Of a stretch of 64,000 nt of DNA, positions 22,343 to 33,000 are shown piece after piece. The translations under genes were made by a program, and so were the position numbers. Source of the DNA: Candidatus Eiseniibacteriota bacterium (GTDB lineage Bacteria; Eisenbacteria; RBG-16-71-46); NCBI GenBank assembly GCA_963744995.1, contig CAVUWA010000002.1:480001-544000 (forward strand). Direction: 5' to 3'. The notes under the pieces are model-generated. The model had not been told where the DNA came from and made no database searches. It was given only the letters and a program-made list of their open reading frames with translations. Within the stretch, counting starts at the first letter, position 1, and the number at the start of each line of letters is the position of its first letter.

Positions 22343-23188
22343 ATGTGGCGGCAACTGTCTCTCGCATCAGGCTTCGCGGCCGGCCTGCTCCTCGTCGCCG
22401 GCTGCCACGATTCACCAACCGGGCCGCGGCGCGACTACACGCCGCCCTCGGCTCCAGCCAACGTCTACAGTGTCACCGGTGACACCAAGGTCTGGCTGCA
22501 CTGGGATCCCAATCCCGAAGCCGACGTCGTGGGCTACCGGATCTACGAGAGCGGCTGCGACGCCGGGCCGTCGTGTCCCTACGATCGCATCGGCTCGACC
22601 AGCGGGCTGTCGTTCGAAGTCGACGGTCTCGTGAACGGGGTGACGCGTTACTTCGCCGTCGCCGCCGTGGATCGGGCCGGGAACGAAAGCGATCTTTCCT
22701 ACGAGAGCGTCTTCGACACGCCGCGCCCTGAAGGCTTCGGCCTCGCGATCGCCAGCGTCGAGAACGACCCCGACTTCAGCGGCTACGACTTCTCGCGCTA
22801 TCGCGTCGTTGCCTTCGACGATTCCGACGTGGACATTCTCTACACGACCGGCGGCGCCGCGAACGAGATCCAGGCGCCGTACACCGACACCGACATTCAG
22901 GACATGGGCCCCGTGACCACGCTCGACGAGATCGACTGGGCGCCGGGAAGCGGCTGGTCGCCGAGCGGCACCGTCGAAGCGATTCCCGGCCACGCGTACG
23001 TGGTGTGGACCTGGGACGATCACTACGCCAAGTTCCGGGTCGTGAGCGCCAGCGCCTCGCGGGTGATCGTGGATTGGGCGTATCAGGTGGATCCGGGCAA
23101 CCGCGAACTCAAGGCGCGCCGCGCCTACGACGAGGACGGCCAGGCACAGCCGCGCGTGCGCCGGGCGGGCGTGGTGGCCCTGCGATGA
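22343..23188 (+). CDS. Lipoprotein with fibronectin type III domain
   Basis: GGAGG RBS; lipobox LVAGC; P.AP..V....GD..V.L.W....E.DV.GYRIY and Y.V.AVD.AGNES. Confidence 0.85.
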   Translation: MWRQLSLASGFAAGLLLVAGCHDSPTGPRRDYTPPSAPANVYSVTGDTKVWLHWDPNPEADVVGYRIYESGCDAGPSCPYDRIGSTSGLSFEVDGLVNGVTRYFAVAAVDRAGNESDLSYESVFDTPRPEGFGLAIASVENDPDFSGYDFSRYRVVAFDDSDVDILYTTGGAANEIQAPYTDTDIQDMGPVTTLDEIDWAPGSGWSPSGTVEAIPGHAYVVWTWDDHYAKFRVVSASASRVIVDWAYQVDPGNRELKARRAYDEDGQAQPRVRRAGVVALR

Positions 23189-23366
23189 AGACCCCTGGCG
23201 GAACATGGCGGCGCGCAATCGGGCGCCCCGCCACGTCCAGAAACTGCAAAGGACCTGGACGCCACGATCTCGTGCGCTCGGGAGCCGCATCAAATGCTGG
23301 TATCATGGAGCCGGCACTGCTCCCCGCCCCGCGTCCGGGACACTTCCCGACGGAAGGAACATCATC

Positions 23367-25094
23367 ATGAAACGACCTGGATGGGTGGCCTGCGCGCTGA
23401 TCGCAGCGCTCGCGGTTCCGGCCATGGCCCAGGCCAGATCTCTGTCAGTCGAGGTCTGGACCGATCGTGGTGACGAAGCCGTCTACGACAAGGGCGATCT
23501 CCTGAAGCTCGGCGTGCGCGCGACCGACGACAGTCACCTGCTCGTCTACGAGATCGACGCCGAAGGCTACGTCAATCTTCTGTTCCCCTACGAGACCAGC
23601 GACTTCATCGAAGCGCGGCAGACCTATCGGATTCCCGATCGGAACTCCGACATGGAGCTGGTCGTCGACGGGCCGACGGGCGAGGGCTACATCGTCGCCA
23701 TCGCCTCGCGCGAGCCGTTCGGCGCCCTGCCCTGGTACCTGCGCCCCTACAACCCGCAGGCTGCGGCACTCGGCTACGAGGGCGATCCCGAAGAGGAGCA
23801 GGGCGTCACCGCGGAGGGCCGCATCGTCGGCGATCCGTTCGTCGCGATGGAGCGCATCCGCCGCCGCGTGCTGACGTCGCCCGACGACGAAGAGTCGTTC
23901 GCCACGGCCTACACCTCCTACTACCTGCACGAGGTGGTCAAGTATCCGCGCTACCTCTGCTACGACTGCCACCGCCCCGGCTACTGGTCGTGGTGGGACG
24001 GCTTCGATCCGTACTACACGACCTGCAGCGCGTTCTCGTTCCGGGTCAATTATTCCTGGTACTGGGGACCGTCGTACTGGTTCGGCAGCGTGCCGTACTT
24101 CGTCTACAACTGCCGCCCCGGCTACGGCTGGCGCGGCCGCACCTGGTACTCGAGCTGGGACGGCTGGGGCTACTGGTCGTCGATCTGGGGCGGTCCGTTG
24201 CGCCGCTACAAGGGTCCCGCGCCGGCCGGCTACATTCCGCCGGAACGTTTCAAGCACGGCACTCCTCCCGGGCTCGTCGCCGCTCACGACCGCCGCAAGG
24301 GCGGCGCCATGATCCTGCCGCGCGGCCACAACGAGCGCGCCGGCGGTGACGACGGCAGGAACGGAACCGGCACCCGGGTCGAGCGCGGTGAGCGCGGCGC
24401 GGTCCGCCAGCCGGCGGGCCAGGTGCGCGGCGACGAAGGCTCGAAGCGTCCCGCGGACGAACGCGGCGGCATCCAGCGCCGCCCCGCGACCCAGCGCGGC
24501 GGCGACGACGGCAGCAGGGGGCCCGCGGCACGTCCGGCGCCGCGTCCCGAGCCCGCCCGCAAGCCGGCCGACCGCCCGAGCGCGGCGCCCGAGCGCAAGC
24601 CGCGTGGCCAGGATACCCCGCGCCCGGCGCCCACGCCCGAGCCGGCCCGCGAGCCGAAGAAGGACGATCCGGCACCGCCGCCGGCGCCCGCGCACAAGCC
24701 CCGCGACGGGGCGCGTCCCGTGCCCGCGAAGGGACGGGACGGCGGACGTGACGGCAACCGCATCGGGTTCGTCGAGCGGGGCGGGGCCCGCATCGTGCAG
24801 TCGGGTGAGGCCGGCCACGGCATCCAGTGGCGTCGCATCGCGCCTGCGCCGCGCGGCACCGTGCGCCAGGCGCCGCGCAGCGTGCAGCGTTCCACGCCGA
24901 TCTGGCGCGGAACGCGCGAGGTGCAGCGGCCCGCCGCGCGCGCCAGCCGGAGCCGGGTGATCCAGCGCAGCGCCCCGGCACCGCGCCCGGCGAAGGCGGT
25001 CCAGCGCAAGGCTTCGCGCCCTGCGCGCGAGGCGCCGGCCCGTGCGGCGAAGTCCGACCGCAACGCTTCGAAAGGCGGGAGAAGGGGGCGCTGA
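23367..25094 (+). CDS. Secreted DUF4384-like protein with CxxCH, a W/Y-rich segment and a Pro/Arg-rich tail
   Basis: Signal peptide (AMA); VEVWTDRG..Y..GD, LVYEIDAEG.V.LLFP and IVAIASREP; CYDCH. Confidence 0.75.
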   Translation: MKRPGWVACALIAALAVPAMAQARSLSVEVWTDRGDEAVYDKGDLLKLGVRATDDSHLLVYEIDAEGYVNLLFPYETSDFIEARQTYRIPDRNSDMELVVDGPTGEGYIVAIASREPFGALPWYLRPYNPQAAALGYEGDPEEEQGVTAEGRIVGDPFVAMERIRRRVLTSPDDEESFATAYTSYYLHEVVKYPRYLCYDCHRPGYWSWWDGFDPYYTTCSAFSFRVNYSWYWGPSYWFGSVPYFVYNCRPGYGWRGRTWYSSWDGWGYWSSIWGGPLRRYKGPAPAGYIPPERFKHGTPPGLVAAHDRRKGGAMILPRGHNERAGGDDGRNGTGTRVERGERGAVRQPAGQVRGDEGSKRPADERGGIQRRPATQRGGDDGSRGPAARPAPRPEPARKPADRPSAAPERKPRGQDTPRPAPTPEPAREPKKDDPAPPPAPAHKPRDGARPVPAKGRDGGRDGNRIGFVERGGARIVQSGEAGHGIQWRRIAPAPRGTVRQAPRSVQRSTPIWRGTREVQRPAARASRSRVIQRSAPAPRPAKAVQRKASRPAREAPARAAKSDRNASKGGRRGR

Positions 25095-25179
25095 GCGATC
25101 CCGCAGGAACCCGGCCCCCCGGCCGGTGTATGATCCCGCAGGCGGGGCCGGTCACCGGCCCCGCCCGCCATTTCGACCC

Positions 25180-26094
25180 ATGACCCTGCACGCACGAATC
25201 GGCGCGGCGCTCCTCGCGGCCGCCCTGCTCGCGGGCCCGGCCCACGCCGGACCCGCGGGTTTCGCTTTCCTCGAGGTGCCGGCCGGGGCGCGGGCCTCCG
25301 CCCTCGGCGGCGCGTACGCGTCGGTGGGACAGGGCGTCGAGGCGGCATTCTGGAACCCGGCGGGCCTCGCGGCGACGCATGGCCTGCAGATCACGGGCGC
25401 CCATTTCGAGCTCGTCGACGGCCTGCGTCACTCGCAGTTCGCGGTGGCGGGCGGGATGCTGGGCGGCGGTCTCAGCGCTTCGATCCGCGCTTTCTACACC
25501 GAACCGATCGAAGAGCGTGACGCGCTCGGCAACGTGATCGGCACGTTCGGCTCGCACGATCTCGAGTTCGGCCTCGGCTACGGTGCGCCGCTCGCGGAAG
25601 GCCTCGACATCGGTCTCAGCACGCAGATCGTGCGCGAGCGCATCGCCAACAGCTCGGCGACCACGTACGCCTTCGGCGCCGGCGTCGGGTGGCGCCCGGC
25701 GCGCCTGCCGAACATGCGGCTCGGCCTGCAGGCCGACCACCTCGGCCCGTCGACCCACTACATGATCGACGGCGTGCAGGGGTCCGACGTGGCGCTGCCG
25801 GCGGCGGTGCAGGGCGGCGGCTCCTACGCGTGGCCGCTCGGCGGCATGCAGCTCGTCGGCGCGCTGGAGGGGCGCTTCACCCACGGCCGTAGCGGCATCG
25901 CGATGCTCGGTGCGGAACTGGCGAGTCCCGTCGGCGCGGCGCTGCGGGCCGGCTTCCGCGCCAACGACGACGCGCAGAACGTGAGCCTCGGCGTCGGGTA
26001 CGCGCACGAGAGTCTGCGCCTGGACTACGCCTGGGTGCCGTTCCGCTACGAGCTGGGCGACACCCACCGCGTCGCCTTCACCGCGCAGTTCTGA
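25180..26094 (+). CDS. PorV/PorQ (UPF0164)-like outer-membrane barrel
   Basis: FL...GARA.ALGGA, A.FWNPAGLA, LDYAW.P...LG.THR and C-terminal F. Confidence 0.85.
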   Translation: MTLHARIGAALLAAALLAGPAHAGPAGFAFLEVPAGARASALGGAYASVGQGVEAAFWNPAGLAATHGLQITGAHFELVDGLRHSQFAVAGGMLGGGLSASIRAFYTEPIEERDALGNVIGTFGSHDLEFGLGYGAPLAEGLDIGLSTQIVRERIANSSATTYAFGAGVGWRPARLPNMRLGLQADHLGPSTHYMIDGVQGSDVALPAAVQGGGSYAWPLGGMQLVGALEGRFTHGRSGIAMLGAELASPVGAALRAGFRANDDAQNVSLGVGYAHESLRLDYAWVPFRYELGDTHRVAFTAQF

Positions 26095-26122
26095 CCCCCG
26101 CGCGGCGCTGCGGCCCGCTGGC

Positions 26123-26863
26123 TCAGGCGCCCCGCGACGGCCAGGTTTCGAATCGGAACGCCCCTTCTTCGAGCACGACGTAGCTGAACCGGTCGATCCA
26201 GTCGCCGAGGACGAAGAAGCAGCGATCGGCCTCGCGGCGTTCGAGGGTCTGGTGGAAGTGACCGATCATCACCGCGTCGAAACCCTCGGCGAACCGCGGC
26301 ATCGCGATGTCGCGCCACATCTGGTCGCCGTCGATCGGGCGCGGCTCGCGCGAGCGCCGCGACAGATTGGAGACCCGGTGCGCGAGCGGAAGGCCGAGAT
26401 CGGGGTGCAGCCAGCGATAGAGCGCGATGCTGGCGGGATGATGCAGGATCCGCTTCAGGACCTTGTAGCCGAGATCGCCGCCGAGCAGCCCGTCGCCGTG
26501 GTGCAGCCAGATGCGCCGGCCCTGCAGCGTCAGCGCGAGCGGACCGTCGTGGGTGACGAGCCCGAGGTCCTCGCGCAGGAACGGGCCGAGGTAGAAATCA
26601 TGGTTGCCGTTCATCAGCGTGATTTCGACGCCGGCGCGACGCGCGCGGTCGAGCGCGGCCAGGGTGCGGAAGTGGCTGCGCGGGATCGCAGTCCCGTATT
26701 CGAACCAGAAGTCGAACAGGTCACCGACGATGTAGAGGGAGCGGGCGCGCCCGGGCAGGGCGTCGAGGAAGCCGTGCAGGAGCCGCTCGCGCTCGGCAGG
26801 CGAGCCGGAGTCGTCGGCGCCGAGATGCGCGTCGGAGATGAAGAAAGCGGCCTCGGCGGACAT
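26123..26863 (-). CDS. lpxH: UDP-2,3-diacylglucosamine diphosphatase
   Basis: FISDAHLG, GDLFDFWFE, GNHD, HGD, GHFH, LGDW. Confidence 0.85.
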   Translation of the reverse strand: MSAEAAFFISDAHLGADDSGSPAERERLLHGFLDALPGRARSLYIVGDLFDFWFEYGTAIPRSHFRTLAALDRARRAGVEITLMNGNHDFYLGPFLREDLGLVTHDGPLALTLQGRRIWLHHGDGLLGGDLGYKVLKRILHHPASIALYRWLHPDLGLPLAHRVSNLSRRSREPRPIDGDQMWRDIAMPRFAEGFDAVMIGHFHQTLERREADRCFFVLGDWIDRFSYVVLEEGAFRFETWPSRGA

Positions 26864-27188
26864 GGCGCGCGAGTCTAGCAAAGTCTCCGCTGCCGACAAG
26901 GCGGGGCGCCGCCGGAACCCCTGCCGGCGCATGGTTGTAAGGAACCTGCGAACCCTGTGCCCGGTGCGCCGGCGGGGTTCAACCCGGAGCGGGGCAGAGG
27001 CATCTAAGGGCGCGAATGGAGGCGTCACGGCCCGCGGCGCCGGCCCGCCGCCGGGGATTTGACCGGCAGGTGACAGGGCAGCGCGCCATGCCGGGATAAC
27101 CTGTTGATGACCCTCTTCATACCTGCCGATCACCAGAGAGGCGCCATGGGGCGCCCGCGGTGATCGGCCCTCAGGAGGAACAGTCCAC

Positions 27189-28697
27189 ATGTCGAGCGTC
27201 CCGCCCACTCCCCACCAGCCCCGGAAGTTCTACGCGGCGGCGTCCATCCTGGTCTTCGTCGGCCTGGTGATCGGCCTCGGCGTCAGCGCCGTCTTCGATC
27301 TGCAGAAGCCCTCGCTGGCGCAGCGTGCCGAGCTGCACGCGACCACGTCTTCGGCGCCGCTGCCGGAAAGCCCCTTCGTCTCGGTCGTCGATCGCGCCCT
27401 GCCCGCCGTCGTGTTCATCGACGTGCGCAAGGAAGTGAGCGCGTCCAACGAGCAGGGCGACGATCTACTGCGGCGCTTCTTCGGCGACGGCACCCGGTCC
27501 CCGCATCCGCGCACGCGTCCGAGCTCAGGTTCCGGCTTCATCATCGACAAGGATGGCCTCATCCTCACCAACAACCACGTCGTCCGTGACGCGAACGACA
27601 TCACGGTGACGCTGAACGACAACCGCCAGTTCAAGGCGAAGGTGGTCGGTGCGGATCCCGAAACCGACGTGGCCGTGATCAAGATCGACGCCGACGACCT
27701 GCCGGTACTCCCGCTCGGCGACTCGGATCAGCTCCGCGTCGGCGACTGGGCGATTGCGATCGGCAACCCGCTCGGCGAGCTCAAAGGCTCGGTCACGGTG
27801 GGCATCGTGAGCGCCCGCGGCCGCTCGAACCTCAACATCTGGGGCGGCACGCCGCAGTTCCAGGACTTCATCCAGACCGACGCCTCGATCAACTTCGGCA
27901 ACTCCGGCGGTCCGCTGTGCAACATTCGCGGCGAGGCGATCGGCGTGAACACCGCGATCAACCCGAGCGGCCAGGGCATCGGCTTCGCGATCCCGATCAA
28001 TCTCGCGCGGCACGTCGCCGAGCAGCTCGTCGCGCACGGCTCGGTGCAGCGTGCCATGCTGGGCGTCTACCTCGCCGAGCTGACCCCGGAGCTGGCGGAC
28101 GGCTTCGGCCTCGACAAGAACCAGCAGGGCGTCCTGATCCAGAACGTCATCGACGATTCGCCGGCGCAGCGCGCAGGGCTCAGGCGTAACGACGTGATCG
28201 TTTCGTTCGACGGCATGCAGGTGAAGGATCTGCAGAAGTTCCGCCTGCGCGTCGCCGACCAGAAGGTCGGCAAGTCGGTGCCGGTGACGGTGCTGCGCAA
28301 CGGCAAGCCCGTGCAGCTGACGGTCAAGCTCGCCGAGCGTGACACCCAGTTCCTCGCCTCCAACACGCCGCAGCAGCAGGGCTCCAGCGGCGACGAGGGA
28401 TCGCAGAAGACCACGACGATGGCGGGCCTCACGGTGCGGCCGATGAGCCGCGCCGAGATGAGCCAGGCCGGCGTCGAGAGCGGCGTGATCATCACCGACG
28501 TCGAGTCGGGCAGCAGCGCGGACGACGCCGGGCTCGAGCCGGGCGACGTGATCGAGGAGGTCGGCGGCCAGCCGGTTTCGACCGCGGAGGCCTTCGCGAA
28601 GCAGATCACGTCCGCCAAGACGAAGGGACGCCATGCCGTCCTGCTCGTGAACCGCGGCGGCAATACTCAGTTTGTCCCGTTGCGTGTCGGCGGCTGA
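27189..28697 (+). CDS. HtrA/DegP (Do) serine protease with two PDZ domains
   Basis: GSGFII, LTNNHV, DVAVIKI, IQTDASINFGNSGGPL; two PDZ domains; AGGAGG RBS. Confidence 0.95.
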   Translation: MSSVPPTPHQPRKFYAAASILVFVGLVIGLGVSAVFDLQKPSLAQRAELHATTSSAPLPESPFVSVVDRALPAVVFIDVRKEVSASNEQGDDLLRRFFGDGTRSPHPRTRPSSGSGFIIDKDGLILTNNHVVRDANDITVTLNDNRQFKAKVVGADPETDVAVIKIDADDLPVLPLGDSDQLRVGDWAIAIGNPLGELKGSVTVGIVSARGRSNLNIWGGTPQFQDFIQTDASINFGNSGGPLCNIRGEAIGVNTAINPSGQGIGFAIPINLARHVAEQLVAHGSVQRAMLGVYLAELTPELADGFGLDKNQQGVLIQNVIDDSPAQRAGLRRNDVIVSFDGMQVKDLQKFRLRVADQKVGKSVPVTVLRNGKPVQLTVKLAERDTQFLASNTPQQQGSSGDEGSQKTTTMAGLTVRPMSRAEMSQAGVESGVIITDVESGSSADDAGLEPGDVIEEVGGQPVSTAEAFAKQITSAKTKGRHAVLLVNRGGNTQFVPLRVGG

Positions 28698-28779
28698 GCA
28701 GGCAATCTACGGTAGACAGGGGGGCGGGGGACGGCCACCGAGCGCCGTCCCCCTTCCTGCCAGGGAGGGCAGACCCGTC

Positions 28780-29997
28780 TTGATCCGATTCCGCTTCGCG
28801 GTCGCCACGATGGCGATCGCCTTCGCAGCCGTCACATCCGGCGCCGCGCGCGCCGCCGCCGACCCGGTCACGCTGCAGAGCGTGCGTTCCTGGGCCTCGC
28901 CGACCCACACCCGGGTCGTCTTCGATCTCTCCGACGAAGTCACCCCGATCGCGCCCGACTCCGGCCGCACCGCCGAGCTGGTGATCGCGGTGCCCGGCGA
29001 GGTCGTCAAACTCGCCGACGGCGTCCAGCGCCAGCTCGCCGTGAGCGACGGCGTCGTGGACACGGTCGAGATCCTCACCGTGGGCGGAGCGACCCGCTTC
29101 CGCCTGCGCTTCCACAGCGAAACCGATTTCAAGGCCTTCGACCTCGGTGTCGAGTCGCATAAGCCGTACCGCTTCGTGGTCGACGTGATGAAGCCCGGCG
29201 GCGAGCTCGAGGAGCAGCAGCGGCTCGCCGGCATCGCCGCGAAGAAGCGCGCGGATCGGATCCGGATCGTAGCCGTGGACGCCGGCCACGGCGGTGAGGA
29301 CAACGGCGCCCACGGCACGCGCGGGCTGCGCGAGAAGGACGTCACGCTGGCGATCGCGAAGGAGGTCGTCAAGGCGCTCGACGACGTCCCCGGCATCAAG
29401 GGCGTGCTCACCCGCAACGGCGACTACTTCATTCCGCTGCGCGAGCGTTACCGGCTCGCCGAGCAGATGAAAGCCGACGTGTTCATCAGCATCCACGCCA
29501 ATTCTTCGGCACGCCGCGGCCGCGGCAACGGCACCGAGGTGTACTTTCTCTCGCCGAAAGGGGCGACCGACCAGGCCGTGGCGGACCTGGCCGATGTCGA
29601 GAACGCGGCGGACCTGGTGGGCGGCGTGCCGCCCCAGGCCGAGAACGACCTCGTCAACATCCTCTACGAGGTCAAGCGCGCCGGAGCGCAGAAGCGCAGC
29701 GAGCTGCTGGCGGACGCGCTCCTCGAAGAAGTGGCGGACGACAGCCGTCTCGAGATGCGCGGCGTGAAGCAGGCGGGCTTCGTGGTCCTCAAGTCGGTGG
29801 AATTCCCTTCGGCGCTGGTCGAGGTGGCGTTCATCAATCACCCGACCGAGGGCCAGATGCTGCGTGATCCCAGGTTCCAGCGTCAGACCGGCATCAAGAT
29901 CGCGAAGGGCCTGGAGGACTATTTCCACCGCGCCGGGATCCCGCTCACCGGCGACGGCGGCGGCACCGGCAGCTCCGCCTCGAGGTCCGCGCCCTAG
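28780..29997 (+). CDS. N-acetylmuramoyl-L-alanine amidase (AMIN + Amidase_3)
   Basis: TRVVFDL, VDAGHGGED.GA, EKDVTL, FISIHAN, LVEVAFI; TTG start inferred. Confidence 0.92.
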   Translation: MIRFRFAVATMAIAFAAVTSGAARAAADPVTLQSVRSWASPTHTRVVFDLSDEVTPIAPDSGRTAELVIAVPGEVVKLADGVQRQLAVSDGVVDTVEILTVGGATRFRLRFHSETDFKAFDLGVESHKPYRFVVDVMKPGGELEEQQRLAGIAAKKRADRIRIVAVDAGHGGEDNGAHGTRGLREKDVTLAIAKEVVKALDDVPGIKGVLTRNGDYFIPLRERYRLAEQMKADVFISIHANSSARRGRGNGTEVYFLSPKGATDQAVADLADVENAADLVGGVPPQAENDLVNILYEVKRAGAQKRSELLADALLEEVADDSRLEMRGVKQAGFVVLKSVEFPSALVEVAFINHPTEGQMLRDPRFQRQTGIKIAKGLEDYFHRAGIPLTGDGGGTGSSASRSAP

Positions 29998-30097
29998 CGT
30001 TCCCGGGCGCCCGGGGGCGGTGCGGAAGCGGCGGGCGCAGAGTCTTCACGGCGGGGGCCGAGCGGACCCGCGCCGCCGCGGACGCTCCCTGCGAATC

Positions 30098-33000
30098 CTA
30101 CCGGGAGCCCGCCGGGACCGGCGCCTGCACCTCGCGGATCCGCCCGTCGCGGCGCACGTCGAGCGCGCCGTGCTTCGCCGACTGCTGCTTCACCCACGTC
30201 TCGATGGCGTCGCGGATCAGCTGGTTCGTGTCGGTGAGATCGGCGCCGCTGGCGAGGGTGGCATAGTCGTCGCCGCCGGTCGCCATGAAGTTGTTGCAGG
30301 CGACCCGGTACGACTTGGCCGGGTCGAGCGGGACGCCGTTCGCGTCCATCACCTCGATGACGCGCTCGAGCGGCGGCCGGTCGGGATCGAACGTGAAGCG
30401 CATGCCGCTCACCTGCGTGACCCGCCCGCGCACCAGCGCCTCGTCGATGGCGCGCTTCACCTCGGCGCCGGTGAGCGACTCGATCACGATCGTGTTGTCG
30501 AAGGGCATGACCGCGTACACCTCCCCGCGGGTGACGAGCCCCGAGTCGAGGTTGGCGCGCATGCCGCCGGGGTTCTGCATCGCGATGTCCACGCCGCTCG
30601 CGGCGCGCATGGCGTCGGTGATGAGGTTGCCGATGGTGGTCTCGGCGCCGGAACGGTCGAGCGGCTCGCGGCAACGGCCGAGCGGCGTGTTCGCGATCGG
30701 CGCCACGCCTTCGTTCCAGCGCGCGACGCGCGCGACCCACGTCGAATCCGCGGGGAGCTCGTCCACATAGGCCAGCTCGAGCCGCGAGCGGCGCTCGATG
30801 ACGCGGTCGGCCAGCGGATCCACGACCATGTCGCAGACCGCCACGGCACGGCCGAAGGCGCCCGGGATCAGCACCGGCACCCCGTCCACGATGTCGTCGA
30901 TGAAATTGTGGCTGTGGCCGCCGAACCAGGCGTCCACGCCGTGCACGCCGCGCGCGAGCCGTACCAGGTCGCCCTCGCGCGCCTGCCGGTTGCGGCCGGA
31001 CTCGGCGGGCACGTGGCCGACCGCCACCACCACGTCGGCGCCCTCGCGGCCGCGCAGTCGCGGCACGGCCTCGGCGGCGGCGGCGGAATCGCCGTCGAAG
31101 CGGTAGGGCGCCACGTGCGCCGCGAGCGTCACGGTGGGGGTGTGGCGATAGCAGAGCCCCAGCACCCCGATGCGCACGCCGCGGCGCGCGACCAGCGTAT
31201 CGGCGCGAACCCAGCGCGGCACCCGGCCGGTCTTCTTTTCGACCATGTTCGCGCCGAGCGCCGCGAAATGCATGCCACGAATCCGTGCACGCAGGGTGTC
31301 CACGCCCCAGTCGAACTCGTGGTTGCCGATCGCCGTGGCGGCATAGTGCAGGGCGTTCATCTGCTCGACCACGGGGCGCCCGAACTGCAGGTTCGAGATC
31401 ATCGTGCCCTGGAAGCAGTCGCCGCCGTCCAGCAGCACCGTGCCCTCCGGATTCTCGGCGCGCAGCTTCTCGACCAGCGCCGCGAGCGCCACCGTGCCGC
31501 CCCATTCGCGCCCGGCGCGGCGGTCGGTGCCGGGGAAGACCGCGCCGTGGAAATCCGTGGTCTCCAGCATGCGCAGCTCCGGGAAGCGGGTGTTGCAGAT
31601 GATGCCGAGCAGCTGCGCACGGTCGAAGGCGGCCTCCTCCGGGGCACGACGACCCGCCGGCGGCCCGACGCCGGCGCCGGTGCCGGTGGTGAGGCTCTTC
31701 ACGTAGGCGGCATCGCTCCCTTTCGGCCCGATCGCGTAGCCGGCGGCGCGCGCCGCGTTTTCGCACCAGTCGAGCGTGAGCGGACGCCCCGCATCGCCGA
31801 ACGGCTCGAAGCGCTGATGCTCGGCCGTCTCGCCCAGTACCTTCCGCTCCAGCAGCCCGTCGAGCCACGGCTCGAGCGCCGGCGCGACGTCCGAGAACGC
31901 TCCGGAGCGATGCTCGCTGCGCCAGCCGAATGCGCGCGCGAGCCAGTAGGCCAGATCGCCGCGGCGTGCGGGTTCCCGCGCGCCCAGGTGCTTCACTTCG
32001 CCGGCCGGCGCCTTGCCGTAGCGCACCAGGCGGTCGATCAGCGGGCGCGCCGGTTCGGTCACGTAGTCGGGCAGCAGCCGCCAGTTGACCGCCTGTCCGC
32101 CGCCGAGCTCGTGCGCCGCGCGCACGTGGTCGATCAGCAGCGTGCGGGCCGTACGGGTGCTGCGCCACAGCACCTTCGCCCCCTCGAACATCGAGTAGCC
32201 GCCGCCGCCGCCCGCGCGATAGTCGTTCATCACGACCTTCAGCCGGCGCGCCTCGTCGAGCGGTCTGCCCGCGATCGTGAGGCGCGTCACGCGCTCGCCC
32301 GGTGGCTTCGTGAGGTCGAGTTCGTAGCTCACGCCGTCGGCGGCGTCGAAGTTGTAGCCCGCGAATCCGGAATCGGCGAGCGCCTGATCGGCGGCGAACG
32401 TGTAGGTACGGAAATAGCGCGCCGCGTGCTCGAGCGCCGCGCGCACCTGGGCGCCGGTGAGCTCCAGCATCACCAGCCGGTTCTCGTAGGGATAGGCCCG
32501 CAGCAGATCGCGCAGCGTCACCGGACCTGCGGCGATCGTGAGGTCGGGGCGGAACAGCGCCGTGAAGGATACGTCCGCGCCGCTCGCCTCGAGCTGCATG
32601 CGCTGCAGCAGCTCCCACATCGGGCCGTCGGCGAGCCGTCCGTCCGGCGACCCGATCGGCCGGTCGGTGCGCGCGATCGCGCGGCCGAGCACGCGGCCAG
32701 CCTCGTCCTCGTAAGGTTCGGCCAGCGCCGCGATCGCGGGATCGGCGGCGACCGAGTCGCCGACGGTGACCGCGCCGAGGGTCAATCCGGCGACGCTCCA
32801 GCGGCCGCGGCTCGGGCCCGGCGCCATGGTGAAGTCGGCACGTCCCAGCACCTCGCCCGAACGACCGGCCTGGGCGACGGGCACGCCGGCGATCGAGAGC
32901 GAATCGATGCGCTCGTGGGTGTGGCCGAGGATCAGCAGATCCACGCCGGGGACGTCATTGGCGAGCCGCTCGCCCCAGTTCTCGTCCGGGCGCTGCCCGG

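Noticed and set aside
21961..22354. Short ORFs (70, 66, 100 and 68 aa) inside the candidate ncRNA
   Set aside because: No clear RBS, no host-like codon bias, no recognisable motif; extensive base pairing explains the region better
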